A DNA stretch of 64,000 nt from Bacillota bacterium (GCA_021785975.1 JAJYOE010000001.1:620-64619), one strand, 5' to 3'. Positions 28,777 to 39,203 are shown, numbered from the stretch's first letter. The notes: generated by a model not told the origin, from the sequence alone. Numbers and translations are program-made.

Positions 28777-29196
28777 ATGATGGAGATTCGATTGCGACCC
28801 GAAATGCGCACAGAGGGCGGTGAAATGATCACCATCTTTCGGGATGACGAATGGGTGGGCGACGCCTATTTTATTTATCGCGAAGGAGATATGTTGACAG
28901 GAACCATTCAACTGGATTCGGTAATGGTCAGTGCTTCCGATTATTCGCCGATTATTGAGGTGGCAAGAACCTATGCCGAAGACCTTGCTGATGCGTTGGC
29001 TGTCGAAGATGCGGTCATCGCAGGAACAATTGGGGATGTGAAAACCGTCCTAGATGTGGGGACGGAGGAAGACGATGCTACGGTCTTATGGCTAACCGAA
29101 GAGGAAAGTGACATGGAATCCCCAGGGGAATTTTCCTATACGGTAGAATTTAAACCTGACGGGTCCATGCAAGTGGAACGAAAAAGTATGGAATAA
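28777..29196 (+). CDS. Hypothetical acidic protein
   Basis: 139 aa. ATG follows AAGGAGGAG. Highly acidic, with no motif I recognise. Confidence 0.55.
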   Translation: MMEIRLRPEMRTEGGEMITIFRDDEWVGDAYFIYREGDMLTGTIQLDSVMVSASDYSPIIEVARTYAEDLADALAVEDAVIAGTIGDVKTVLDVGTEEDDATVLWLTEEESDMESPGEFSYTVEFKPDGSMQVERKSME

Positions 29197-29224
29197 GCGA
29201 TGAGAGAATAGAGAGGGAAAAACA

Positions 29225-30100
29225 ATGCTTGGCTATCTGGGACCGCGCGGTACGTATTCGGAGACGGCCGCCCACTTTTTTATGGACAAAATTCAGTCTG
29301 ATCACCACGTAGAGATGCAGCCGATTTCTTCCATTTCGCACGTACTCGACGATGTCGAATCGGGTCGTGTGCAAATGGGGGTGGTACCGCTCGAAAATTC
29401 GCTCGAAGGGTCTGTGCTTGTCACACTGGACAGGTTGGCCACATCCCCGCTCACGATCTGCGCGGAAGTGGTGCTGCCAATTCGTCATATGGTCTTTGGC
29501 CTGCAAGGAACAGACTTTGAAAAAGTCGAAAGGGTGTACTCCCATCCGCAAGCGTTGGCTCAATGCAGAAGTACGCTCTATCAGCATTTTCCCCATGCGG
29601 AACATGTGGATTACGACAGTACTGCAGGAGCCGTACAATTTGTCGCAACAGAGAAAAACATGGCGATTGTGGCCGTCGGCAGTCTCGAATCGGGCCGCGG
29701 CGCAGCACTTGAAGTGTTGATTAAAGACGCTCAGGACACCACTGGCAACGAAACCCGGTTTGCACTAGTTTGCAGGGCGGATCGTTTGATTCCCCTTCGC
29801 CCTGAGGTCCTCGCCTCTGTGCAGAACGCTTCGGAAAAAACATCGATTCTGCTGGCGCTCGGTGATGACCATCCTGGAGCATTGTATGAGGTGCTGCGGG
29901 TTTTTGCTGATTACGATGTTAACCTTAGCAAATTAGAGTCTCGACCCACGCGAAAAGGGCTGGGAAGTTATCATTTTTACATTGATCTCGTGGGAGATCC
30001 GAAAGATGAAGCCACAAAAGAAGCGCTGGAAAAAGTACGGGCGATTCAAGGATTTTCTATGAAAAATATAGGATCATATCCCTGTTTTTTACTTGATTAG
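29225..30100 (+). CDS. pheA: Prephenate dehydratase
   Basis: 291 aa. PDT domain (LGPRGTYSE, ENSLEGSV, TRF) plus a C-terminal ACT domain (ESRPT....Y.FYIDL). Confidence 0.92.
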   Translation: MLGYLGPRGTYSETAAHFFMDKIQSDHHVEMQPISSISHVLDDVESGRVQMGVVPLENSLEGSVLVTLDRLATSPLTICAEVVLPIRHMVFGLQGTDFEKVERVYSHPQALAQCRSTLYQHFPHAEHVDYDSTAGAVQFVATEKNMAIVAVGSLESGRGAALEVLIKDAQDTTGNETRFALVCRADRLIPLRPEVLASVQNASEKTSILLALGDDHPGALYEVLRVFADYDVNLSKLESRPTRKGLGSYHFYIDLVGDPKDEATKEALEKVRAIQGFSMKNIGSYPCFLLD

Positions 30101-30109
30101 GACTTGAAT

Positions 30110-30138
30110 TTGACAGTTTTAGTCGAAACCTCTATAAT
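30110..30138 (+). promoter_or_regulatory. Perfect consensus sigma-A promoter
   Basis: TTGACA (30110-30115), a 17-nt spacer, then TATAAT (30133-30138), immediately after the pheA stop codon. Confidence 0.6.
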
Positions 30139-30157
30139 GTCCTCACAACTATGTTTT

Positions 30158-30242
30158 CTAAAGAGAACTTCTTGTCCTTTCTCTGCGTCATCTCACCCCC
30201 ACACGCAAAGCGAGGAAAAGGAAGTTCTCTTTAGTTTTGTCG
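30158..30242 (+). ncRNA. Long imperfect hairpin plus U-tract downstream of the consensus promoter (candidate sRNA or attenuator/leader element)
   Basis: A 14-bp perfect base stem, CTAAAGAGAACTTC (30158-30171) with GAAGTTCTCTTTAG (30221-30234). Inner pairs TCCTTT/AAAGGA-like and TGCG/CGCA. Followed by TTTTGTCGTT. Confidence 0.35.
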
Positions 30243-30331
30243 TTAACCGCCCAATTTTCGTGATTTCCCTGTCAATTTGCCTACCAGTGCATATATTGCT
30301 AAAGACATTTGACCGGGGAGGTCGATCGACT

Positions 30332-31195
30332 TTGCAAGAATATTATGTGAAAAGTGGAGACACCATGTGGAAAATAGCCAACCGTCTCGGTATACCGCTT
30401 TCGTCGCTGATTGCGGCAAATCCTCACATCGCAGACCCGAATGTCCTGAACCTCGGGGATATCATATACCTGCCTACGGGCACTTCCACGGGACCGTCGA
30501 TGATGGGGGCAACTCCCATGGCAGGCTACGCAGGTCCAACCTGGCAATACACTGTAAAAAGCGGGGATTCCCTGTGGAAGATATCAAAGCGGTACGGGGT
30601 TCCTCATGCCGACTTGATCGCTGCCAATCCTCATCTCAGCGATCCTAACATGATCATGCCAGGACAGGTGATCTACGTGCCTGGTCGTCGTCCCGGGGTG
30701 TCAAAAAAAGCGGTTCCACAAAAGCCCTATTATGCGCCTCCTGCGTATCAACCGCCATCAGTCGCCTATCCACCACAACCGCTGATCAATATTTCCCCAC
30801 CCACGCAGATCAATGCCGATTTAAACATCAACCAGATCAATCCGCCAGTTTATGAGGCACCTAAGTATGTCCCTCCACAGCCGTACGAACCAATGCCGCC
30901 AAAAATGCCGAAACAGGTACATCACCATCATCAGCCATCGGTGGCAAAACTCTACATCCAGGAAGAAGTCACTGAAGTAGTCAAGAAGAAAAAGCCGCCG
31001 GGCTATGTCACTTTCTGTTACGATCCGACCCTGCCTCCTGGTGTGATTATTCAGGGTCCACCGCTTGGGGACGTGAGCAATCCTTTTGTGCCTCCCTCTC
31101 ACATTGGCGGGTATAAACCTTTCTATGAATACGGCACCGAAAGTTCATCGGGGTGGAAGATGGAATCAAAGTGGTTCAAGGAGTCATCCAGTTGA
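30332..31195 (+). CDS. Double LysM-domain protein with a Pro/His-rich C-terminal region (SafA-like spore coat candidate)
   Basis: TTG at 30332 after GGGGAGG. Two LysM repeats (YYVKSGDTMWKIANRLGIP...IYLP and YTVKSGDSLWKISKRYGVP...IYVP), then a PPxY/PQP-rich tail containing HHHHQP. The ORF-track start at 30104 would read through the promoter and hairpin. Confidence 0.75.
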   Translation: MQEYYVKSGDTMWKIANRLGIPLSSLIAANPHIADPNVLNLGDIIYLPTGTSTGPSMMGATPMAGYAGPTWQYTVKSGDSLWKISKRYGVPHADLIAANPHLSDPNMIMPGQVIYVPGRRPGVSKKAVPQKPYYAPPAYQPPSVAYPPQPLINISPPTQINADLNINQINPPVYEAPKYVPPQPYEPMPPKMPKQVHHHHQPSVAKLYIQEEVTEVVKKKKPPGYVTFCYDPTLPPGVIIQGPPLGDVSNPFVPPSHIGGYKPFYEYGTESSSGWKMESKWFKESSS

Positions 31196-31206
31196 TGTTG
31201 CAGTTG

Positions 31207-31238
31207 GCGGCGGGTGAAGGGAATTCCCCACCTGCCGC
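31207..31238 (+). other. GC-rich hairpin between the LysM and CotS-like genes (no U-tract)
   Basis: GCGGCGGGTG-aa-GGG-aatt-CCC-CACCTGCCGC: a 10-bp plus 3-bp stem around a GAATTC centre. Confidence 0.5.
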
Positions 31239-31250
31239 ATCACTTTCGCA

Positions 31251-32228
31251 ATGAGGGGACCGTTGATGGAAACTTGGCTGACAAGCGTTGCGGCGCAAGA
31301 ATTGGCGGCGGCTTATGGATTTCAGGTGAGGGCACTCTTGCCAATGCGAAGCGTGGTCGGCGTGCTCACCGATCAAGGAAGGTTCATCTGTAAACGATAT
31401 CACCGGGCAAAAGGAATGAGTTATCGACATCTACTTGGCATCGTTCAAGTCAAGGAGTCGTTAGCTCACTATGGCCTCGTGAAGTCGTATCGCAAAACGG
31501 TGGACGGAGAACCTATTTTCGCCTGGGAGGGAGACCCCGTCACCTTGGAAGCGTGGGTGAAGGGGAGACACGCCGATTTTCACGATCGCAGGGAAAGAAT
31601 GGCTGCGGTCCAGGCCATTGCCAGACTGCATCGACTGCGTATTCCAATTCCCAGGGAGTTATTACCGGATACCACAGTGCTCCACAAAATGGCCGGGCGA
31701 TTGCAAAAGGCGTCAGAAGTTGTGGCCGCAGGGAACCTGATCGGCATGTCCAGAAAAGAATGGAACCATTGGAAGGGGCGTGCGATCAGCGCTCTTCAAC
31801 TACTGTCAACGCCAAAATGGGAAGATTTTTTTCTCGAAGATAAAAACAGGGGGGCTTTTTGCCATCGTGACCTCGCTCCGCACAATATTCTCATCGCAAG
31901 AGGCAGTCCTGCCTCTTTGATCGACTTCGATCTTGCAGGGATGGACAGTCCAGTATATGACCTGTTTCAATTGTTTGACCATGTGGCTTATCGAGCGTTG
32001 CCGCCAAAAGGATGGGAGGCAGAAATGGTTCAGGAATACGAAAAAATATCGCCCTTGTCTCCTCATCAAAAACAGGCGCTTTCGCTTATCCGGCTGTATC
32101 CATCACTCCTTTTGCGTGAGATCGCAGACTTGCACGGGGTAAGGAATGAGCGCGCAAAGGCACGCCTTGGTACGCGCATCCGCTATGTCCGAATGGTAGA
32201 GGAAGAGCGTTCACTCGCCATTCCATGA
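31251..32228 (+). CDS. CotS family spore coat protein / aminoglycoside-phosphotransferase-fold kinase
   Basis: 325 aa with the kinase catalytic loop CHRDLAPHNILI and IDFD metal-binding motif. The start could be the ATG at 31266. Confidence 0.78.
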   Translation: MRGPLMETWLTSVAAQELAAAYGFQVRALLPMRSVVGVLTDQGRFICKRYHRAKGMSYRHLLGIVQVKESLAHYGLVKSYRKTVDGEPIFAWEGDPVTLEAWVKGRHADFHDRRERMAAVQAIARLHRLRIPIPRELLPDTTVLHKMAGRLQKASEVVAAGNLIGMSRKEWNHWKGRAISALQLLSTPKWEDFFLEDKNRGAFCHRDLAPHNILIARGSPASLIDFDLAGMDSPVYDLFQLFDHVAYRALPPKGWEAEMVQEYEKISPLSPHQKQALSLIRLYPSLLLREIADLHGVRNERAKARLGTRIRYVRMVEEERSLAIP

Positions 32229-32270
32229 TATACTCTAAGGCATAGATGAGTTGGTACGGGAGGATGACGA

Positions 32271-33119
32271 TTGAAAGTTCTTCGCATAGGACTGGGACAA
32301 GTTCGACCTGCGCTTGGCGATGTCTCGCGCAACCTCAACCTCCATCTGGAATGGGTGGAAGAGGCTGAAAAGCAAGAGATACAATTGTTGGTATTTCCTG
32401 AATTGGGGCTCACAGGTTATTACCTGAAGGATTTGACGCTGGAGGTGGCCCGACCGCTTGACCATCCGGACATTTTGAGGATGGTGGATGCGAGTCGGAA
32501 AGTGGACCTGGTGTTCAGCTTTATCGAGGAGAGCGGCGATCACCGCTTTTATGTGGCGGCGGTTTATGCCTCCAAAGGACAAGTGGTGCATGTCCATCGA
32601 AAATTGTATTTGCCCACCTATGGGATGTTTGAAGAAAGTAGACATTTCGCTAAAGGGAAAGAGATGCATTCATTTGCCTCCGGACTTGGTGCGCAGATGG
32701 GGATGGCGATTTGCGAAGATGCGTGGCATCCGTCTGTGCCTTATTTGCTGTCGATCGCTGGCGTCGACGTGGTGATCATCCCTGCGGCCGGACCGGGAAG
32801 AGCGCTCAGTGGTGACCCCAATACTGGTTCACAGCAGTTTTGGCATCGATTGATTCGTACATACGCTCAACTTTTTACAAGTTATTTTGTATTTGTCAAT
32901 CGCGTGGGTTTTGAAGATGGGGTATTCTTTTTTGGCCACTCGGCAGTGGCAGGACCGGACGGCGAACTAGTCGCATCGACGGATTCCATGGACGCGCAGT
33001 TGCTGGCAGTGGAGATAGACCTGGATTTGCTTCGAAAAGAGCGCTACCGCTCTCCGTTTTTACGGGACGAAGATCCGCATCTGACGCTGCGTGAACTCGA
33101 GCGCATACTTGGGAGGTAA
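32271..33119 (+). CDS. Carbon-nitrogen hydrolase (nitrilase superfamily)
   Basis: 282 aa, TTG start after GGGAGG. Glu-Lys-Cys triad context (VFPEL, HRKLYLP, MAICEDAW). Confidence 0.85.
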   Translation: MKVLRIGLGQVRPALGDVSRNLNLHLEWVEEAEKQEIQLLVFPELGLTGYYLKDLTLEVARPLDHPDILRMVDASRKVDLVFSFIEESGDHRFYVAAVYASKGQVVHVHRKLYLPTYGMFEESRHFAKGKEMHSFASGLGAQMGMAICEDAWHPSVPYLLSIAGVDVVIIPAAGPGRALSGDPNTGSQQFWHRLIRTYAQLFTSYFVFVNRVGFEDGVFFFGHSAVAGPDGELVASTDSMDAQLLAVEIDLDLLRKERYRSPFLRDEDPHLTLRELERILGR

Positions 33120-33126
33120 TCTGACG

Positions 33127-33975
33127 ATGGCAATCAACCATCTGGAAGATGTGCTTTTATATCTGGATCAAAGCATCAGTCATGCCTTACCGGTGCTCGT
33201 CGCGTTTTTGCGGGAAGAGACGGAAAAAGCCGGGTTTAAGGACGTGGTATTTGGCCTCTCAGGGGGCATCGATTCAGCGGTCGTAGCCTATCTTGCTGCG
33301 GAAGCGTTTGGAAAAGATAGAGTACATCCTTTGATTATGCCGTATAAGACAAGTAGTCCCGCGAGCCTAGAAGATGCACAAAAAGTGGTGAGTGCACTGG
33401 GGCTTGAAGGGAAAGTAGTGGACATCACGCCGCAAATTGACGCGTATTTTGCAAATCAGGAGGAAGCGACACCGCTTCGGAGAGGCAACAAGATGGCGCG
33501 CGAGCGGATGACCATCATCTATGACCATTCCGTCATTTATCGGGCACTTCCGCTCGGAACCAGCAACAAGACGGAACTCCTCCTGGGATACGGTACGCAG
33601 CACGGGGATCTCGCTTCAGCGATCAACCCGATCGGAGACCTCTACAAAACGCAGATCCGCAAAGTGGCCTCCCAACTTGGCGTGCCGCAAAGCATTCTGA
33701 CCAAGCCGCCATCTGCAGACCTTTGGGAGTCGCAAACGGATGAAGGGGAGCTTGGCTTTACCTACGATGAAGCGGACGTCATCTTGCATTTACTTGTTGA
33801 CGACCGTTTTTCTCCGGAAGAAGTCGTTCAAGCGGGATTTCGGGAAGATCTCGTGAGAACGATCACGAAACGAATGATGCAGAATCAGTACAAAAGAAGG
33901 CTTCCACTCATCGCAAAGGTGTCTAGTCGAACGATTGGCATCGATTTTCGTTATCCACGGGATTGGGGAATGTAA
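33127..33975 (+). CDS. nadE: NAD+ synthetase (single-domain NadE)
   Basis: ATG at 33127 (MAINHLED). PP-loop SGGIDSAV and the motif TSNK.E...GY.T..GD. Starts 8 nt after the C-N hydrolase stop codon. Confidence 0.9.
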   Translation: MAINHLEDVLLYLDQSISHALPVLVAFLREETEKAGFKDVVFGLSGGIDSAVVAYLAAEAFGKDRVHPLIMPYKTSSPASLEDAQKVVSALGLEGKVVDITPQIDAYFANQEEATPLRRGNKMARERMTIIYDHSVIYRALPLGTSNKTELLLGYGTQHGDLASAINPIGDLYKTQIRKVASQLGVPQSILTKPPSADLWESQTDEGELGFTYDEADVILHLLVDDRFSPEEVVQAGFREDLVRTITKRMMQNQYKRRLPLIAKVSSRTIGIDFRYPRDWGM

Positions 33976-33992
33976 AGCAAGGAGGAAGCACA

Positions 33993-34727
33993 TTGTCAGG
34001 ACATTCAAAGTGGAAAAACATCGCTCATCGTAAGGGCAAGCAGGACGCGTCGAGGGCACAACTGATCACGAAACTTTGTCGCAACATCTTTGCTGCCGCC
34101 AAACGCGGTGGTGGCAATCCAGACACGAACTACGCGCTAAAAATGGCGATCGAGAAAGCGAAAGAGGCGAGTGTGCCGGGAGACACGATTGCGCGCACGC
34201 TGGGAAAGGCGACGGGAACGCTGGAAGGCGTTCACTTTGAAGATTTTTTGTATGAAGGATATGGTCCTGCTGGGACGGCGATCATGCTCGAGATCTCCTC
34301 AGACAACCGCAACCGGACCGCAGCCGACATCCGCCACCTTTTTTCCAAGCATGGGGGTAGTCTTGGCGAGTCAGGCTGCGTGGCTTGGATGTTTAAGCGC
34401 GTTGGCCAGGTATCGCTGGATGTGGAAAAATTGACGTTAAGTGAAGACGAACTCCTGCTCGCTGCGCTGGAAGCGGGAGCGGACGATGCGCTGCTGGAAG
34501 AGGAGGAATGCAGCGTTTACTGCGAGCCGGAGAACCTCTCGGACGTGGAAAAGTCACTGGTTGAGCAGGGACTTCCCGTGGAGTCGGTGGCGCTTGCATT
34601 TGTGCCGTCAAATACCGTTGAAGTCGCGGGAGAAGACGCGGAACTGGTGGCAAGTCTTCTGGAAAAGCTGGAAGAACACGACGACGTGCAAAATCTCTAT
34701 ACGAATGCGGTATTAACTGAGCAATAA
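33993..34727 (+). CDS. yebC: YebC/PmpR family DNA-binding transcriptional regulator
   Basis: TTG at 33993 after AAGGAGGA. The N-terminus SGHSKWKNIAHRKG is the family signature. Confidence 0.9.
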   Translation: MSGHSKWKNIAHRKGKQDASRAQLITKLCRNIFAAAKRGGGNPDTNYALKMAIEKAKEASVPGDTIARTLGKATGTLEGVHFEDFLYEGYGPAGTAIMLEISSDNRNRTAADIRHLFSKHGGSLGESGCVAWMFKRVGQVSLDVEKLTLSEDELLLAALEAGADDALLEEEECSVYCEPENLSDVEKSLVEQGLPVESVALAFVPSNTVEVAGEDAELVASLLEKLEEHDDVQNLYTNAVLTEQ

Positions 34728-34750
34728 AGTGGGAATGTGAGGGGAACTCC

Positions 34751-35242
34751 ATGCGGGTGCTTGGCATTGATCCGGGGTTTGGACGGACAGGGTACGGCGT
34801 GATCGATGCGGTCGCAGGGCGGCAAAAGGCGCTGGAATACGGCTGCATTGAAACGTTGCCAACGGACGAAATGGGGCGAAGGCTTCACGATATTTTTGGT
34901 GCCGTGAGGGAAATCATCGAGAAGTATCAGCCGGACGTCATGGCGGTAGAGCAGCTTTTTTTTAATCGCAATGTCACGACCGCCTTCAAGGCATCAGAAG
35001 CGCGCGGGGTGGTGGTGCTCGCGGCGGAGATGGCAGGCATTCCCCAGGTTTCCTATACGCCGATTCAGGTCAAGCAGGCAGTGGTAGGGTATGGCCGGGC
35101 AGAAAAAAGACAGGTGCAGGAAATGGTGAAGGTGCTGCTGGGGTTGGCGACAATTCCCAAACCGGACGATGCCGCGGATGCACTTGCGATTGCCATCGCG
35201 CATGCCCAGGCTGGCGCATTTGAGTCGAGGATCCCAAAATAA
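34751..35242 (+). CDS. ruvC: Crossover junction endodeoxyribonuclease RuvC
   Basis: 163 aa with RVLGIDPG...GYGVI, the AVEQ.FF motif and the C-terminal DAADALAIA motif. Confidence 0.92.
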   Translation: MRVLGIDPGFGRTGYGVIDAVAGRQKALEYGCIETLPTDEMGRRLHDIFGAVREIIEKYQPDVMAVEQLFFNRNVTTAFKASEARGVVVLAAEMAGIPQVSYTPIQVKQAVVGYGRAEKRQVQEMVKVLLGLATIPKPDDAADALAIAIAHAQAGAFESRIPK

Positions 35243-35279
35243 TTAGGAGATCATCTGGGGACAGAGAGGCGGAGAAGCA

Positions 35280-35891
35280 TTGATTGCCATCCTGGAAGGC
35301 AACGTGATAGACAGGGAAGAGGACGCGCTGGTGATCATGGTCGGCGGTGTGGGCTACAGGGTTCATGCGCCGAAATCTTTGTTGCTGGAAGCGCCAGATG
35401 GGGAAGTGCTGCGGCTATTTACCCATCTGGTGGTTCGTGAAGACGCGCAGGTGTTATACGGATTTGCGACCAAAGAAGAGCGGATGCTGTTTGTGAAATT
35501 GCAAAACGCAAGTGGCGTCGGACCCAAACTCGCGCTGCAGGTACTTAGCCATTTTTCTGTGGATGAACTGGTACGCGCAATTGCCGAAGCGGATGTAAAA
35601 AAACTCTCTAAGGTGCAGGGAGTTGGCGCGAAGACGGCTTCAAGGATTGTGCTCGAATTAAAAGGGAGCCTGGAAAATTGGGAACTGGTTGCTCATTCGG
35701 CCAAATCGGATAAGATTGGCGCAGCAGTATCACCGCGAAGTGGTCCACTCGTCGATATTGAAGAGGCGCTTTTCCAACTCGGCTTTGGCGAGCGCGAAGT
35801 GGCACCAGTGCTTGCAGAGCTTGCGCCGGAACTTCTGAATTTAGGCGTAAATGAGGGGATCAGGCGGGCGCTTCAAGCGCTTGCCCGTTAG
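35280..35891 (+). CDS. ruvA: Holliday junction branch migration complex subunit RuvA
   Basis: 203 aa, TTG start. GVGY.V motif and HhH motifs (GVGPK.AL, VQGVGAKTA.RI). Confidence 0.92.
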   Translation: MIAILEGNVIDREEDALVIMVGGVGYRVHAPKSLLLEAPDGEVLRLFTHLVVREDAQVLYGFATKEERMLFVKLQNASGVGPKLALQVLSHFSVDELVRAIAEADVKKLSKVQGVGAKTASRIVLELKGSLENWELVAHSAKSDKIGAAVSPRSGPLVDIEEALFQLGFGEREVAPVLAELAPELLNLGVNEGIRRALQALAR

Positions 35892-35910
35892 ATGATCGGA
35901 GGGGTGCCAG

Positions 35911-36906
35911 GTGCATGAACGGATTGTTTCTGCCACGGTGGTGGGAGATGATCAGAAAGAGGAATCGCTCCGGCCCCGTTTTTTAAACGAATACATTGGC
36001 CAGAATGAACTCAAAGAAAACCTGAGAATCTATATCGACGCGGCGAAAATGCGCAAAGAGGCGCTGGACCACGTGCTTTTTTATGGTCCTCCAGGGCTTG
36101 GCAAGACTTCGCTTGCGCACATTATCGCCAATGAACTCGGCGTGAATATCCGCGTGACCTCGGGTCCTGCGATTGAACGGGCGGGGGACCTTGCGGCATT
36201 AGTCACTAATTTAAGTGAGGGCGATGTGCTTTTTATCGATGAAGTGCATCGCCTGCCAAAGACAGTGGAAGAAGTGCTGTATCCCGCAATGGAGGACTTT
36301 GCGGTGGACATTATGCTTGGCAAAGGGCCTAGTGCGAGGTCGCTTCGCCTTGACTTACCCCCCTTTACGCTGGTGGGGGCGACGACGAGGGCAGGGCTTC
36401 TGTCCGCACCGCTTCGGGATCGCTTTGGCGTGATTTTTCATTTGAATTACTTTCCCGTCGAAGACCTGGAAAGAATTGTGACTCGCTCTGCAGCCATACT
36501 CGGTGTGGCACTTGACCCGCACGGCGCTTTTGAAATTGCTCGCAGGTCTCGGGGTACGCCGCGGGTGGCCAATCGTCTGCTGCGGCGGGTTAGAGATTTT
36601 GCCCAGGTGACTGGAGACGGGGGAATCGACGAAGAGTTGGCTGCCGTCGCACTTGAACGGATGAAAGTGGACGCGTACGGTCTCGATGAACTTGACCATC
36701 GGCTGCTCTTAACGCTAATTGACAGATTTGGCGGCGGGCCTGCGGGACTTGATACGCTGGCTGCCAGTATCGGGGAAGACTCAGGGACACTGGAAGATGT
36801 ATACGAGCCCTATTTGCTGCAAACGGGACTGATCCGACGAACCGCGCGCGGAAGAGAAGCGACAGATGCGGCGTATCGCCATTTTCAACGGACAAGAATC
36901 AATTAA
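35911..36906 (+). CDS. ruvB: Holliday junction DNA helicase RuvB
   Basis: 331 aa, GTG start. Walker [10 protein letters not shown], Walker B LFIDEVHR, and [15 protein letters not shown]. Confidence 0.95.
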   Translation: MHERIVSATVVGDDQKEESLRPRFLNEYIGQNELKENLRIYIDAAKMRKEALDHVLFYGPPGLGKTSLAHIIANELGVNIRVTSGPAIERAGDLAALVTNLSEGDVLFIDEVHRLPKTVEEVLYPAMEDFAVDIMLGKGPSARSLRLDLPPFTLVGATTRAGLLSAPLRDRFGVIFHLNYFPVEDLERIVTRSAAILGVALDPHGAFEIARRSRGTPRVANRLLRRVRDFAQVTGDGGIDEELAAVALERMKVDAYGLDELDHRLLLTLIDRFGGGPAGLDTLAASIGEDSGTLEDVYEPYLLQTGLIRRTARGREATDAAYRHFQRTRIN

Positions 36907-36971
36907 AGAAATGAATGGCATTCTGAAAGCGGCTTGTGCTATAGTGCAAAGAGTGGCAAGGCGGTGAAACA

Positions 36972-38021
36972 TTGCACGTATTGGATTATGATTATGAGTT
37001 GCCGGAAGAACTCATTGCGCAAACTCCCGCAAAGAAGCGCAGCGAGTCGCGTTTGCTTGTACTGAATCGGACAAGCGGGGAGCTTTCGCATGAACATTTT
37101 TTTGATTTGCCCCGTCACATTCAGGCGGGAGATTTACTGCTTGCGAATAACTCCAGAGTAATCCCTGCGCGCCTTTACGGAGTAAAGGAAAGCACCGGTG
37201 CCGTGATCGAAATGCTGCTTTTGCGACCGCACGGCAATCCTGGCATGTGGCAGGCACTTGTGCGACCAGGCAAAAGGGTGAAGCCAGGTCAAACGGTGGT
37301 GTTTGGCAATGGTGAACTGAAGGCTCAAGTCGTGGACGAGCTGGAGGAAGGCGTGCGACTGGTGGAATTTTCGGAAACCGGAGATTCGTTCGATCGGTGG
37401 CTTGAAAAACTCGGCGAAATGCCTTTGCCTCCTTACATCAAGGAAAAACTCGATGACCGCGAACGCTATCAGACGGTGTACGCGCGAGAAAAAGGCTCTG
37501 TGGCCGCTCCCACGGCAGGGCTTCATTTTACGCCGCAACTGCTTGATGCGATAAGGATACAAGGAGTCGATATCGAATTCATCACCCTTCACGTGGGGCT
37601 TGGAACATTTCGTCCTGTTCAAGTCGAAAACCCTGAAGAGCACCACATGCACGAAGAGTGGTACGCGGTCTCTGCGGATCTTTTTGCGAAGATCAAAGCA
37701 GTACGGGAAGCGGGACATCGTGTTTTTAGTGTGGGAACGACGACAGTGAGGGCGCTTGAATCTGCGTATCTCAAATGGCAAAGCGGAGGCGCCAATTCAG
37801 AGGATGGAATGGTTTCGGGGTTTACTGATCTGTTCATTTATCCCGGATTCGAGTTTCATGCGACGGATGCGCTGATCACGAACTTTCATCTGCCAAAATC
37901 GACACTCTTGATGCTGATCTCGGCACTTGCAGACCGGGAACGCATCCTTGAGGCGTATCGCGTCGCGGTGAATGAACGGTACCGTTTTTTTAGTTTTGGC
38001 GATGCCATGCTCATCAAATAG
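36972..38021 (+). CDS. queA: tRNA preQ1(34) S-adenosylmethionine ribosyltransferase-isomerase
   Basis: 349 aa. [11 protein letters not shown], the [10 protein letters not shown] motif and the [11 protein letters not shown]-terminus. Confidence 0.95.
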   Translation: MHVLDYDYELPEELIAQTPAKKRSESRLLVLNRTSGELSHEHFFDLPRHIQAGDLLLANNSRVIPARLYGVKESTGAVIEMLLLRPHGNPGMWQALVRPGKRVKPGQTVVFGNGELKAQVVDELEEGVRLVEFSETGDSFDRWLEKLGEMPLPPYIKEKLDDRERYQTVYAREKGSVAAPTAGLHFTPQLLDAIRIQGVDIEFITLHVGLGTFRPVQVENPEEHHMHEEWYAVSADLFAKIKAVREAGHRVFSVGTTTVRALESAYLKWQSGGANSEDGMVSGFTDLFIYPGFEFHATDALITNFHLPKSTLLMLISALADRERILEAYRVAVNERYRFFSFGDAMLIK

Positions 38022-38033
38022 AACCAGCATTGA

Positions 38034-39182
<1,149 letters not shown>

Positions 39183-39203
39183 AACCAGAAAGGTGGAAAT
39201 CCC

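Noticed and set aside
30275-30300. Sigma-K-like -10 (CATATATTG) upstream of the LysM start.
   Set aside because: It deviates from CATAnnnTA at the last position, and there is no AC element at the expected -35 spacing. The evidence is too weak to annotate.
30104-30331. The 76 N-terminal codons of the ORF-track LysM protein.
   Set aside because: Neither the TTG at 30104 nor the ATG at 30137 has an RBS. The stretch contains a perfect promoter and a long hairpin, its composition is Cys/Ser/His-rich and non-protein-like, and a good RBS and start lie just before the first LysM repeat. The alternative is kept open in the corresponding finding.
30140-30331. Possible c-di-AMP (ydaO-type) or other known riboswitch upstream of a LysM cell-wall gene.
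   Set aside because: I could not find the conserved core motifs I remember for ydaO or for other cell-wall-associated riboswitch classes. Only a simple long hairpin is evident, so no class is claimed.
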